Positions 8,112 through 20,500 of a stretch of DNA of 64,000 nt are shown here, one piece after another (the first letter of the stretch is position 1; each line of letters opens with the position of its first letter). The stretch is taken from positions 1-64,000 of the IMG/VR virus record IMGVR_UViG_3300031951_000076; one strand, written 5' to 3'. Under the pieces are notes generated by a model that saw nothing but the letters and a program-made list of their open reading frames with translations, searched no databases and had not been told where the DNA came from. The position numbers and the translations under genes are program-made. This DNA comes from a virus.

Positions 8112-11100
8112 AATATCCAGTTGCTTTTTTATAATACTCTATTCTATTTAGATTACTCAATATTGGTAATACTTTTGTTACTCTTAATAAAGTTCTTTCA
8201 CCATCATATTCTATTTGACCTTTATCATCTCGTGTCTCTAACATATAATTATACACAGCTTGTACAGCTTTCCCATAGTTTACTGCTGTTCTTATTATTG
8301 GAAAAACATTTGCTTGTAGTTCTGCTGCAGAACTTGGGCTCATGTAATATGTTAAATCTCTTCTTAAATCATGAAGCTGTCTTAATATAAGTAGATTGTA
8401 TAACTTTTTGCTTTTATCGTCATCTGGTACAGCTGCTTTTAATAAAAGATAAGCTGTCCATATTGTAATTATTATTTGAAATTCTTTAGCTGCTTTACGT
8501 ATATTAGCTATTTCCAACTGATCTTCTAAATCAAGCTTATCAGAGCCCATTAATGCTTTAGCCATTAATGGAACCATTTTAAATTTTTTATCTAATAATA
8601 ATCTACCAAAAGTTCTGTAATAACCTTCTTCATCTCTTTGTAAAAGAGCATCTCTATGTCTTGGATCAAACCTCACACCAACTGTTTCTGGAAGCCATGA
8701 TTTAAAAAGCATTAAAACTCTTCCAACAGCATTACCCTTAGCTTTAATATGCACATCCTTACCTGTAGCCCCATGTAGTTTATTTGCAAGCTGTCTATAT
8801 CTTAACAAACTATCTAAATAATACTCTTCAAATGATTTATTACCATTTTTAGAAGCATCCCATTCACCATATTTTTGTACATCATATTCTCTATCTTCTG
8901 TAATTGCATCTATATAGGATACTTCTTTACCATCTTTTGTTTTTATTTTTTCAAATTTCATAGCTGACAAAAGTGTTTCAGCTTTAAAATGATAATCACC
9001 AGATGCTAACCAGGTATAAGCTTTTGGTATCATTTCTCTAAACTTATCAACTGTTGTTTTTTTATTCACCATAGCTTTCAGATACATCCCATCCTCACCT
9101 TCTGCTAAACCTGCATCACTTAATAAACCAAAAATTAATTTTGTCATTTTAGTTTGATAAGTACCCATAGAAAAATACTTACCCGAAGATTCTATAATAG
9201 TTTGATTAGCCCAAATAAGCTCTTTCATAGTATAGTCTCTTCTAGATGCAGCATGTATACGATTGTTAATCTTACCAACAAGTAAGTTTCTTATAGCTGA
9301 AAAAGGAGAAAAACCTAATGCTATTAAACGTGTATTAGCAACAGCACTATCTAAGGTTTTTGTTACAGAAAAGTTTCTTCCACCTAAACTATAATATTCT
9401 CTTTCTTTTTCTTCAACTTTCTGTTCTAGCTCTTCTCTTTCTTTTTCTGAAAGTTTATCATCATCTAGTTTTTTATTTAATTCTTTAATTTCATCTACAA
9501 GAATTTTAGCTTTTTTTGCAGTTTCATTTTTCCAACCACCAAAAGTTGCTAATTCTTTCCAATCATAAAAAAGCTTTTCAGATTTATATATCTCATCTTC
9601 TCCTTGAATACCATAAAAACTTTTCATAACTGTATAGTCAACTAATGACTTAATACTTGTTGCATCTTTATCTCTTTTTTCTAACTTTCCTAATTTTTTA
9701 TTTTTGACATATGTTCCTTCTGTACCTTGTACAATATCAACCATTGTCTCAATTTCAGCTTTAACAGTATTTTTATGTTTATATGCTAAAGCCATATCAC
9801 TAAACATTTTAGCAAGAAGCACCATATCTCGTGATCTTTCATTTATAGGAACACTTTCATTTATAAATCTTGCTTCAAAACCTCTACGTTCTTTTTTAGT
9901 ATAAGCACCTAATTCTGGTTTTCTTTCAAAATTTGCAACTGTAAATGCTTTTGTAAACCAATCACCTAACCCTGCTACTGTTTCTTTCATATTTGTAAAA
10001 GCATATTCTTTTGCTAACCTATCAGCAAGTACAGGAACAAAATTAGGACCTAAATCTTCAATTTCTTCTTGTGGTAGCCAATGTAAACTATCGTTAATAA
10101 ACTTTACCCACCAGTTATAAAAATTATGAAGCTTTGGGTTATTCATTATTCTGCTGAAATTTTCATCATAGTATTCAGTGGGCACACCTTTAATCATTTT
10201 AGCAGCAATCAAATATGAATATTTAGCACCACCATATGCTGTAACTTTTTCATTTTCAGTAAACTTTTGTTCCATATATTTCAATGGATTATTAAGGTCA
10301 TCAAATTCTTTTAATTTCATATCAACATACTCTTCAAAAGTCATTGATTGTGGAACAACACTTGGATTCTTTACAGCTTCGTTTTCAATATCATATCTAA
10401 ATTCTTCCATAGCTTCCTCAAATTTTTCAAATAATTTTTGAGATTCAGCTATAATTTGATCAATTTCTAATTTAGTAAAACCTAAATTTTTAAGTTTAGC
10501 TACTTCATCATTTCTTTGTGCATCAGTATATTCACCTGGCTTTAAAAAATATAAAGAATTAAAAGCAACTGTATTAGCTTCATTCCAAGCATTAAATCTT
10601 TGCCAAGCTTTTTTAATAAGAGCTTTGTCACCGTTTGCTTTTTCAATGTCTTTACGAAGCATTGTATTATTAGACCTTCTAGCATCTATAAACTTTTTAC
10701 TATATCTAGTTGCAAGGTTTAATGTATCATTACCATCTTTGTCCTTTTCCACTTTAAAAAAGATATTAAAGCCATTTTTCTTTATTTCTTCAATATCTTT
10801 TATTTTGTCGTATTCTAAATCTATTTCAACAAAATTCTTATTGTGTTCTATATTTATTTTGGTATTTACTTTCTTAATTGCATAAGCAATCTCATTAGGT
10901 AAAGCAATTCCAGATGTACCAAGTTCACGAAACCATTCTGTTAATAAGTGAGTGTCTTTCATTTTAGTAATCTCATTCTCACTTAATCCTGTTGCAGCTT
11001 TTACAAGTTCAATAGCAATTCTTCTAGATTGATCACTTAAATCATGAAATTTAGCGTCTACTTCTTGAACTTTTTTTCTTATTCTTTCACTCTTAATATC

Positions 11101-11592
11101 TGTAGAACTTTCAATACCTAAAATTGAATATAGACTTGACCATGTTTCAACAATACTATTTGCAAATTGTAAGTCATTAAATGTAATTTGATCACTTTTG
11201 TACATTGCTTCAACAAGATCAGCATCAATCATTGCGGTATCTAATATAAAATCTAATTGTTTATCTACATCGGCTTCATTAAGATCTGAGATGGTCTTAG
11301 AAATATCTTTCATTATTTTTCTATACTCAGTCTTCTTTTGATTTTTTTGTTCTTTAGTTAGTTTTGGATCATTTCTAACAGCATCCATTGAAGCTCTTGC
11401 ATCTCTATATCGCTCTTTTAACATATTATTAGTTTCCATTAAAAGATCAGATACTTTTTTCTTTTTGGTAGTAGCAATAGATTTAAAAATATTATTTATC
11501 CCACCAAACTCTGTAAAACTATTTTCTGAAAGAACTTTAATAAGCTCTTCTTTAGTATACATTCTACCATTATATTCATACTGACAAGCCAT
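8110..11592 (-). CDS. large ejected virion protein (third gene of the crAss-like RNAP/ejection trio, 1160 aa)
   Basis: Directly downstream of the RNAP gene; largely helical; C-terminal LHG..GRVLMLFKSW..EGYYRT region and one hydrophobic segment. Confidence 0.75.
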   Translation of the reverse strand: MACQYEYNGRMYTKEELIKVLSENSFTEFGGINNIFKSIATTKKKKVSDLLMETNNMLKERYRDARASMDAVRNDPKLTKEQKNQKKTEYRKIMKDISKTISDLNEADVDKQLDFILDTAMIDADLVEAMYKSDQITFNDLQFANSIVETWSSLYSILGIESSTDIKSERIRKKVQEVDAKFHDLSDQSRRIAIELVKAATGLSENEITKMKDTHLLTEWFRELGTSGIALPNEIAYAIKKVNTKINIEHNKNFVEIDLEYDKIKDIEEIKKNGFNIFFKVEKDKDGNDTLNLATRYSKKFIDARRSNNTMLRKDIEKANGDKALIKKAWQRFNAWNEANTVAFNSLYFLKPGEYTDAQRNDEVAKLKNLGFTKLEIDQIIAESQKLFEKFEEAMEEFRYDIENEAVKNPSVVPQSMTFEEYVDMKLKEFDDLNNPLKYMEQKFTENEKVTAYGGAKYSYLIAAKMIKGVPTEYYDENFSRIMNNPKLHNFYNWWVKFINDSLHWLPQEEIEDLGPNFVPVLADRLAKEYAFTNMKETVAGLGDWFTKAFTVANFERKPELGAYTKKERRGFEARFINESVPINERSRDMVLLAKMFSDMALAYKHKNTVKAEIETMVDIVQGTEGTYVKNKKLGKLEKRDKDATSIKSLVDYTVMKSFYGIQGEDEIYKSEKLFYDWKELATFGGWKNETAKKAKILVDEIKELNKKLDDDKLSEKEREELEQKVEEKEREYYSLGGRNFSVTKTLDSAVANTRLIALGFSPFSAIRNLLVGKINNRIHAASRRDYTMKELIWANQTIIESSGKYFSMGTYQTKMTKLIFGLLSDAGLAEGEDGMYLKAMVNKKTTVDKFREMIPKAYTWLASGDYHFKAETLLSAMKFEKIKTKDGKEVSYIDAITEDREYDVQKYGEWDASKNGNKSFEEYYLDSLLRYRQLANKLHGATGKDVHIKAKGNAVGRVLMLFKSWLPETVGVRFDPRHRDALLQRDEEGYYRTFGRLLLDKKFKMVPLMAKALMGSDKLDLEDQLEIANIRKAAKEFQIIITIWTAYLLLKAAVPDDDKSKKLYNLLILRQLHDLRRDLTYYMSPSSAAELQANVFPIIRTAVNYGKAVQAVYNYMLETRDDKGQIEYDGERTLLRVTKVLPILSNLNRIEYYKKATGY

Positions 11593-11595
11593 AAT

Positions 11596-14500
11596 TTAGC
11601 ATTTAATTTTAATTGATAAAGCTTTTACAATGTCTGAAAGATTATCTGAAATATTTTTTTCTCTAATCTCTTTTGTAACAATTGATTTTTGTATTGAATT
11701 TTGATCTGTTTTATTACGAGATTGAATAAGTCCTACAATTTTTGTTACACCTTCTTTAAGAACCGAGTCTTCTTTAATATTAATGTTAAGAAGTTTAAGA
11801 AGATCAGCAAGCATGTCCATGATTCTATCAAGAACACTTTTCTTACCATCATATGTAATGTTATTCATAAACTCTTGAAACCCTGAGTCTGTCATCAACA
11901 TACTCACAAAATCATGAATATTAGTTAATCCATAATACAATGATTTGTCTTTTGCTGACAGCATTCCATCTTCTCTATTCACTTGATCCATAGCTCTTTG
12001 TAAAGCAGGACCGTGAACTGGATCTGATAAAAGTTTTTGTTGTACAGCTTTAAAAAGATCATTAAGATCTTCAACCCACTTTCTTTGTTCACTGCTTAAG
12101 GTTTCTGGTCTAGCCATCAACAAATCAGCTGTTAAATGATGCATAAGCTCATGAACAATAACATCATGTAAACTTTTCACTGCACCGTCTAAATCAAATG
12201 AATTATTTTCTTGTAAAATTAATTCAGGATTGATTGATATAGTTTTTGTAAAGCTATTGTATTCTCCAGGATTTTTCAAACTTCTGTTAATAACAATTTT
12301 AAAAGGTGTTACAATCCCTGTTTTACCAATCATCATTAACAAACTCTTATTAAAACTATTTGTTTGCTTATAGAGCCTGTTTAAAAAGTCTTTACTATTA
12401 GTTTCTGTATCCTTACCTTGGAATAAAGCAGTTATTGCGTTATCCATAGCATCATTCATTAATGAATTTAAATTCAATTCAGTAGGATCAACTATGTCAC
12501 GAACAGATGTAGTTTCACCAACAACAGGTGCTACAGATGTAGAAGCAGGTTTTACTGCATTATCAAGTTTAGTTTTAGATTTATTGTCGTCTCTAATTGC
12601 TCCTTGAAACACTTCTTGGTTATGAATTATTCTAGAACCGCGAGGTTTTATGACAATTAATGTACCACTAGTTCTTGTCAAAGAAACATACATAGAACTA
12701 AATATATCATCTTGATTAATTTGAGCATTTTGTCGAGCTTGTTTTACATTATAGTCACCTACAATAACATTTTTAATACTATTACCTTGTGCAGTGTGAG
12801 ATGAACCTACATACGAAGGTGTAAATGGCATTTTTTTACTTGTAAGTCCTCTTAATTCTGCAGATATATTTTTAAACTCACGATAATGCATGCTAAAAGT
12901 TGCCAAAACATTTCCAGTTTTTGCATCTTTTATTTTTATATCTTCTTGTCTAGAAGTTTTAGAATTGTATTTACCCATTTCTACACTCAAACCAAGAGGT
13001 TTTCTATAACCACGTATTTTATTCTGTCTATTGTATAATAAAATATTTTCTGTAGTAACATCAAAGTCAGGTAAATGTCTTCTTAAATCACTAGATACTA
13101 CATCCTTAATTGATTCAACATTACTAACAATATCTATTATTTTATAACGAGACCTAGGTTTTATTATACCTCCAGATACATTAAAAACTTCTCTATCTCG
13201 ATTAAAAGGAACTTTTCTTTCCTTTAGTAATGCCTCTAGTTTTTCATCTGAAGTTTTATATTGAAACTCAGATCCTCTCATTTCTAATGCATCAGTAAAC
13301 TCAACATAGTCTCCATTTGAAAAGTTTCTATGATCTACTTGTTCAATCTGTTTACCAATCTTTAAGAAATATAATTTTCTAATTTTATCAGCTAAATTTA
13401 TTGTATTTGGATTTTCAACTCTATTATAGTGCACCCAAAACATTCCATAAGGATTATTATTTTGAGATAGAAAATCTGTATAATCGTCTATAACACCAAC
13501 TTCATTGTCAACAACAAGCATATTTTCTGTTGACTTATTTGTTAACGCATCATACTTATCAAATGAAAGTTGTCTAGGTTGTTTACCTTCTTTTGTTCTA
13601 TTAATATTATCTATTATCTCATTACCTACAGAGTCATAAATCTGATGTAATAATTTATCACCAGATCTCATTACCTGAGTAAGTTCTTTTGTTTTTTCTT
13701 TATTTAAAAGAAGGGTTGAAGATATAATACCTTTGTTAACAAATGCATTTTGTTGTTCACCAATTGGTCCCAGCTGACGATAGTCACCCATAAAAATAAA
13801 TATAGGCATTTTAAAACTATGTCCATTTTTTAAATCATATGCTGTTCTCTCAAGCATATCTTTAATGTCTTGTGTAGTTACCATTGATGATTCATCTACA
13901 ATAATAACATCAGGTGAGCTAAATGCTGGTTTATATTTTAAACCAAGAGCATAGTCTTCCGTAGAAGCCATTACTAAGTTTCCATTTTGATCAATCTTGT
14001 TTCTTCTTACAGCTGATGGTATTGTATTTACAGTGCCATCATTTGCTTTTTCAGAGTCAAGTCCAAGGGATTCTTGTAATACAGTTGCAGCTGTATGACT
14101 TGGTGTTAAATACATTATACTAACACCTCTATATTTATTACCTGAATCTAAGCTATCCATAATAGCTCTAATAACTGTTGTTTTACCAACACCACCTCTA
14201 CCAGCTAAACCAATCATATTATCCCACATAACTTTAGGAATAACACCACTAAACTTTATAGATAAAGGATCTAAGAAAGAAACTGTATTTTCTAATTCTT
14301 CAACACGAACTCTTTTTGAGTCTTTTAATATTTTTTCTACGTTTGCTTTAATAAAGTTGTAAGCTTCTTGCTGACCATCATTCATTAAGTATTTAGTGTT
14401 CTCATCCTCAAATATCACCATATTGTTAGGATTAGAACCCTCTGGTACATTTATACGTTTACCAGTCTCAGGATCTAAAGATTTTTTAATTATTTCTTTA

Positions 14501-17500
14501 GAACTTTCTACTATTTCTGTATCATTCTCTAATCTACCAGCAAGAGCTTTGTTTACTCTATTATGTATGTCATCACTTGTAATTTGTGTGCCATATGTTG
14601 ATTCTTGTAAAGAATAAATTTCTCCTGCAATATCAACATAGTATTTAGGTTTTGTTGGCATATCTGTCAATGTAACAACATTTTCAGGATATGTCTCAAC
14701 TTGGTAAGCTAATGTAACTTTATTATAAAGCGACATGTCTTCAACTTCTTTTGTTTTTACACCATCTTTATCTGTGTAAAAAACTTTAAAACCTTCTTCA
14801 ATACTTCCTTCAACAATAAAGTTTGAATTTTTATATCCTATCAAAGTAGAAGGTTGTTCATCAATTTCTTCTTCAGATGTAACTATAGATTCACGACTTT
14901 TGTAAGGCTCGTTTGTTCTTACTTCAAAAGCTTTTGGTAATATAATATTATCAGGAATACCAAACTTATCATTCATTCTTCTAAACAAATCTTTCATTTG
15001 TTCTACACTTCTTCCTGCAAGTTTTGTTCCTATTTCTGTTACATAGTATTTATTATCAGGATTATTTAACGCCTCAATTCTTAAAGCATTTAAATCTTCA
15101 ATAGTCATTTTATCCATAGCTTTTTTATTCTCTTCTGTAAGCTTAGGATAAACAGTAAGTTTATCATCCTGGTACATTTTAGTTCTAATAGCAAATGATC
15201 TACCTTGTAAACCACTTGCTTGACCTGTAATAGCACCAAAATCGTCAACAGCTGCTTTAGCAGCACCTAATCCATGAACACCTTTATCATTAGATCCAAA
15301 GACAAAGTATCCATTTTCAGGTAGATTTTCTTTAGTAATTTTATCTAGTGTAGTTTCTCTTTTTAATTCTTCTTTTACAACTTCTTTAGTTTTACCAAGT
15401 GTATTATTATATACATCTCTAATAGCTTGTTTAGCTGCTTCTTCAATTTCAGGTCCTTTGTATTGCTGTCTTTGCTCCCATTGACCTGTTTCTTTATTTT
15501 TAACATTATAAGCTTCAATATCTCTACTACCAACACCAGCAAAATTTCTAGTTAATTTAGGTGTTTCAGTTTGAACAAACTGTTTACCATCATATTTAAA
15601 CCATGCACGGTTGTTTAAATCCCATACATAAACAGGTTTATTTAATTTTATACCTAATTGTACAGCAACATTTGTCCCACCTTTAACTTTATCAAACTTA
15701 TATGATTTAATAGACTTAGTAGGATCAGTTAAATTATCTGGTTTTGATTTATCTATAGATGAATCTAACTCAGCAATAGCATACACAGCATCTGCATTAG
15801 CTACTTGATAATAGTTTCTCACTTTAAGATTACCTTCTGTTGTATCTGGATAATCTTCACCAAGAAGTCTTTTAACCTCAGCTCGTGCTTTATCCATTTC
15901 TTGTTTTGATAAAACAGTTGCTTGAACATTACTATCTCTTAATTTTTTAGAAAGTCCTTTATTACTTTCTTCTCTATAGTGTTTATGATTTTGTACGCCA
16001 AATTCTCTACCTATTACGTCCCAGAATGTATCAGCACCATAAGCGCCTCCAGAATGATTTACATAAACTGCAGGGTTACTTAAATCAAATGCTTCTACTT
16101 CTAAACCTTGTACCAATTCTCTAAGATCACTTTCTTCTTTTGCAAAATCAGCTGCACTTACATCAACTTGATTATTCTTAATAGATGATTCAAGTCTAAG
16201 ATTGTTAAAATCATATTCTTTAACACTTTTATATCCAAGAATATTAATTCTTTCATACTCAGCAATACCATTCTCAGGTATTGCCTCACTTACTCTTTTA
16301 TATAAGTAATTAACTGACCAGTCATTTTGAGGAAAGAAATCACTTGTATAACTATCATTAATTAGTATATAAGCAGGATATTTAAAGTCTACATTTCTTT
16401 CAGCAGCTATTTTTCTTTCTTTGTCATTTAACTTTTCAATTTTCAATGATTTAACAATAGACTGTGTTTTTTCATTAACTTGAAAATCCCCCACTTTAAT
16501 TTTAAAATTTTTGACATCTTTTAATGTCGCTGCATTATTTATTAAAGGTTTAAGAGATTGTTTAAACGCATTGTCTTTATCATTATTAGTTGAATAATTA
16601 AATTTAACACTATACTCTTCAGGATTATTCTGAACAATTTGATCTTTTAAAATATTAACACCAAATTGATTACCTAGAGTAAAGTTAAATTCATTATCAA
16701 AATCAGCAATTGAAGTTTGAAAATCTATATCTCTCATGTAATAATCAACAGGTATAAATCTTTGAATGTTACCAGCATCTCCTGTAGCATATGGATATAA
16801 TGCAAGTTCTCTTGCAATCTCTCTAACTATTTCATTTTCTGAAGTGGCTAGTTCATAAAAACCAGAAAGTATTTCTTTCTCGTTCATGTCTGTACCAAAT
16901 GGTGCTTTAAAAGATATTAAATAAGCATCACCTTTATATTGAGGTTCAACTTCAATATATTTTAAAAAGCCATTTGTAATAAATTCAGGATTTTGCTGAA
17001 GCTCTAATATACTTTTACCTAAAGATGTATCACCATTTAAAAGCCTACTTCTGTCTGTTTTTAAGTCGCCAAATAACTCTAAGTTAGGCATTGTGTACAT
17101 ATATGCTTTTATAGCATTAAAGGCGGTTTCATAAGCACGAATGTATCTTTCTCTTCCCAAGTCTTCTTTGTCAAGTCCCATGTCGTTTAATAAACTAACA
17201 ACTATATTTTCAAGTGTTCTACCTGTACTAACAGGAAACAACTCTTGATATATAGACTGAGCTTTTATAAGAGAATATAAAATTGAATGCCCAATTTCAC
17301 CTTTTGGAACAATTGAAATAAGACCACTATCAGAATCTTTATTTACTGCGCCTGCAACATTTGTAATATCTATAAATACAGATGATTTAGATAGTTTATT
17401 TAACTGATTTATCTTCTGTAGTGTTGTAAATACATCTGCACCTATACCTTTAGTATATGTATAAACAGATCCAAGTATAGTCATAAACTCTTTACCAATC

Positions 17501-20500
17501 TCATCTAATCTTGAGAATAATTCCAATGAGTCATACTGAGTTACATAATAATCAAGCAATAAATCTTTAACTGATTTATATCCTAAATCTTTTGAAAGTG
17601 TTAAAAGTTTTTCTTCTTGTACATCTCTAATGTTTTCACCTTTTGCTAAAGCATCTTCTTGAATTAATGCTCCAAAAACTGCTTGATTATTTGATGATAA
17701 AAGTTTACCAACAATCCACATATTTTCTAATTTCTCAACACTAAGTGGATCTTGTTTTTTCCTTTTTGAATCAGAAAGATATGCTACTAAAGATTCTTCA
17801 TCTTTAAATTTATCTAGACCACCTATTTTTCCAGTTATTTCACTTGCTATTTCTTGTACACTATTAACAAAAGCATTAGATTCAAATCCTTCAAATGAAT
17901 CTTGTTTCTTATTAATACGTCTAAATAAATCGTATATAACCTCTTGTGATGTTAAGTCCATTGAGAACTCAATTGGCAAAGCCACTTTATCTTCTGTTGT
18001 TAGCATATTTAAAATACCAACAGAACTCATTGCTTTTTTATCCCAGTTAAACTCTCTAAGATTAAGATTTTTAGCATTATCTACAGATTCACCAAATGGA
18101 ATATTTATGTTTTCACCTACAGTGTAAGTATTCCCAGCTTGTGATTTAGATTTACCATTTTGACCAATAAAAACAAACTCTTCAACTTTACCATTTACTT
18201 TTATATAAATGGGAAGTTTCACTGCTTCAAATCCTTTACCATCTTCTTTTTCAGTCATATAACCAAGCGTCAAAGGTTTATCTTGAAAGTCAGCTTGTGC
18301 AGAAATATAGTTTGCAAAAACAGATACACCATCTTTACCTGATCTATTATCTTCATGTCTTTTAATACTTGTGTTAAAATCAAGAGGTAAAACAACAGAA
18401 GGATCAGTAGATATATTATATTTCTCAAGAAGTTTACTTCTTTTATCAATTTTTACCTTTACTTCTGGAGAATCGATAGATTTTGTAATTTTTTCAAAAG
18501 CATCAGGATTTGTTAAAACAGTCCAATGAATATCTTTATACAACTCTTTTAACTGATCTTCATCTAAACTATCAATATCTTCAACTTTAGTTAGTTTATA
18601 AGGAATAGATTTATAACCAATAATATTTCCTTTTGAATCTTTTTGTGCAATTGATTTTGACTTGTACGCATAAAGTTTGTCAATATCAAAGTCAGAACCC
18701 ATCTGACCAGTAATACCATCAGGAACTATTATAGTATCTTCCATATATTCTGGGAGAAAACCTACCACTTCAACAGGTAATGTTGAAGGAAGACTTTGGT
18801 TAGGAATACGTGATGCAACAAGTCTTAATAATTTAGGATCAAGTTTAGACGTATCAAGTATTTTAACCTTATTTTCCTCTTTGATAAACTGTTTTAGGTC
18901 TATAAGTTTACCATTTTCATCTTTAATGTATTGTGATACAATTATTTGTGCTGGTTTAACTTCCCCATCTTTTTTTGAAATATAAGCAAGAGATGCTTTT
19001 CCATCTTTAAAAGTAGACGCATATGTATCAGTCCATATAATATCTGATTTAATAGATTCACTTAATGTACCAAACGTAAACTTAGAACCAACACCACTAA
19101 CTTGAATAAAGCTTGATCCATTCATTTTTAACATTACATTCTTGTTAATCATTGAATTTATCAAACCTTGAAGTTTCTTTGCTTTAGGATTTAATTCAAT
19201 TGGAAAAGCAATTTTCTTTGTTAAAGAATCTAACTGAATTGCTCTTAAATCGTTTTCACCATAACTTCCACTTGTATCTTCTAGTATTGTTTTTCTTAAT
19301 AGCTTGTAGAGACCTATATGATTTGCTTTTAAATTACCTAATTCTTGATCAAGCTCTTCTGATTTTAGTTTAAATAATCTAGTACGAACTCTTTCTTTTA
19401 AATTTTTTAATTCAAGTCCAGTTACATCACCCAGACCTTCCATTTTAAATACAGAATCAAGCAAACCATCAAAAAGAGTACGATTCATTTGTGTAATGAA
19501 AGGTATTTCATCTTTTTGATGAGGAATCTCTTGTTGAGTTCTTAAACCATCTCTACTTAAAATTTGCGTTGCTTTTTCTGTATCTTCTTTTGAAGGTTCT
19601 ACAAAGTTTCCATTTTTATCAAATAAAACTACAGACACTGTAGGTCTTCCAAGTTTTTTACCTGAAGCAAAATTTACACTATTAATATCATTTTGCTCCA
19701 TCCATATTCTTAGCTTATCTCTTTCACTACCTGCTTCATGTTGTGGTAACAAAGGATATCTAGATGACTTTACATAGTCAATTCTATTTAAACCAGTGTC
19801 TCCTTCGTTTTGATCACTAACCTGTACTGGTTTTAAAGGAGTAAATATAACTTTAACTTCAAGATCACTTAGTGTATAATAACCACCTTTACCTGCTTTT
19901 CTGATTTTATTTGTAATTGACTCCCATACATCTAAATCTATTTTACCTTCACTTGCTAAAAAGTCAATATGTTCTTGAACTGTTGTAAATTCTTGAGCAT
20001 CTGTAGTATCATTTTTAACTTTATTTACAACTATTGTTAGATCATCAGCTGTTACAGCTTTATAATCTTTACTAAAATATCTTTCACCTTTAGATGTAAC
20101 CCAAGACCAGTTACCTTGTGATCCAGGTGCAATTAAAGCTGCGGCACGCTTTGAAAATTCATCCCATGTGGTAAGAGCAATTTTAACTTTTTCGCCACCT
20201 GTATACTCATTAAAAGCTTTTTTAGTTAAACCTTTTGGCATTTTAAAAGCTACCATTGGATCAAACCTTAAAAACTGAAGTGTTTTAACTTGAGCATTCA
20301 TATAGTTAAGCTTCATATCCATAACCATTGCCCTTGCTAAATCACGTCCTTTTAAGTCAGTACTTTTAAATCTAAATAAATAATCGTTTGCTTTACCAGA
20401 TTTAAATGATGGAAAAGAAAATACTCCTTTATCAACTTTAAAAATACCATCAGCAACATAGTTGTTTATATCATCTTCAACAGACTGTTTAAACTCATTT

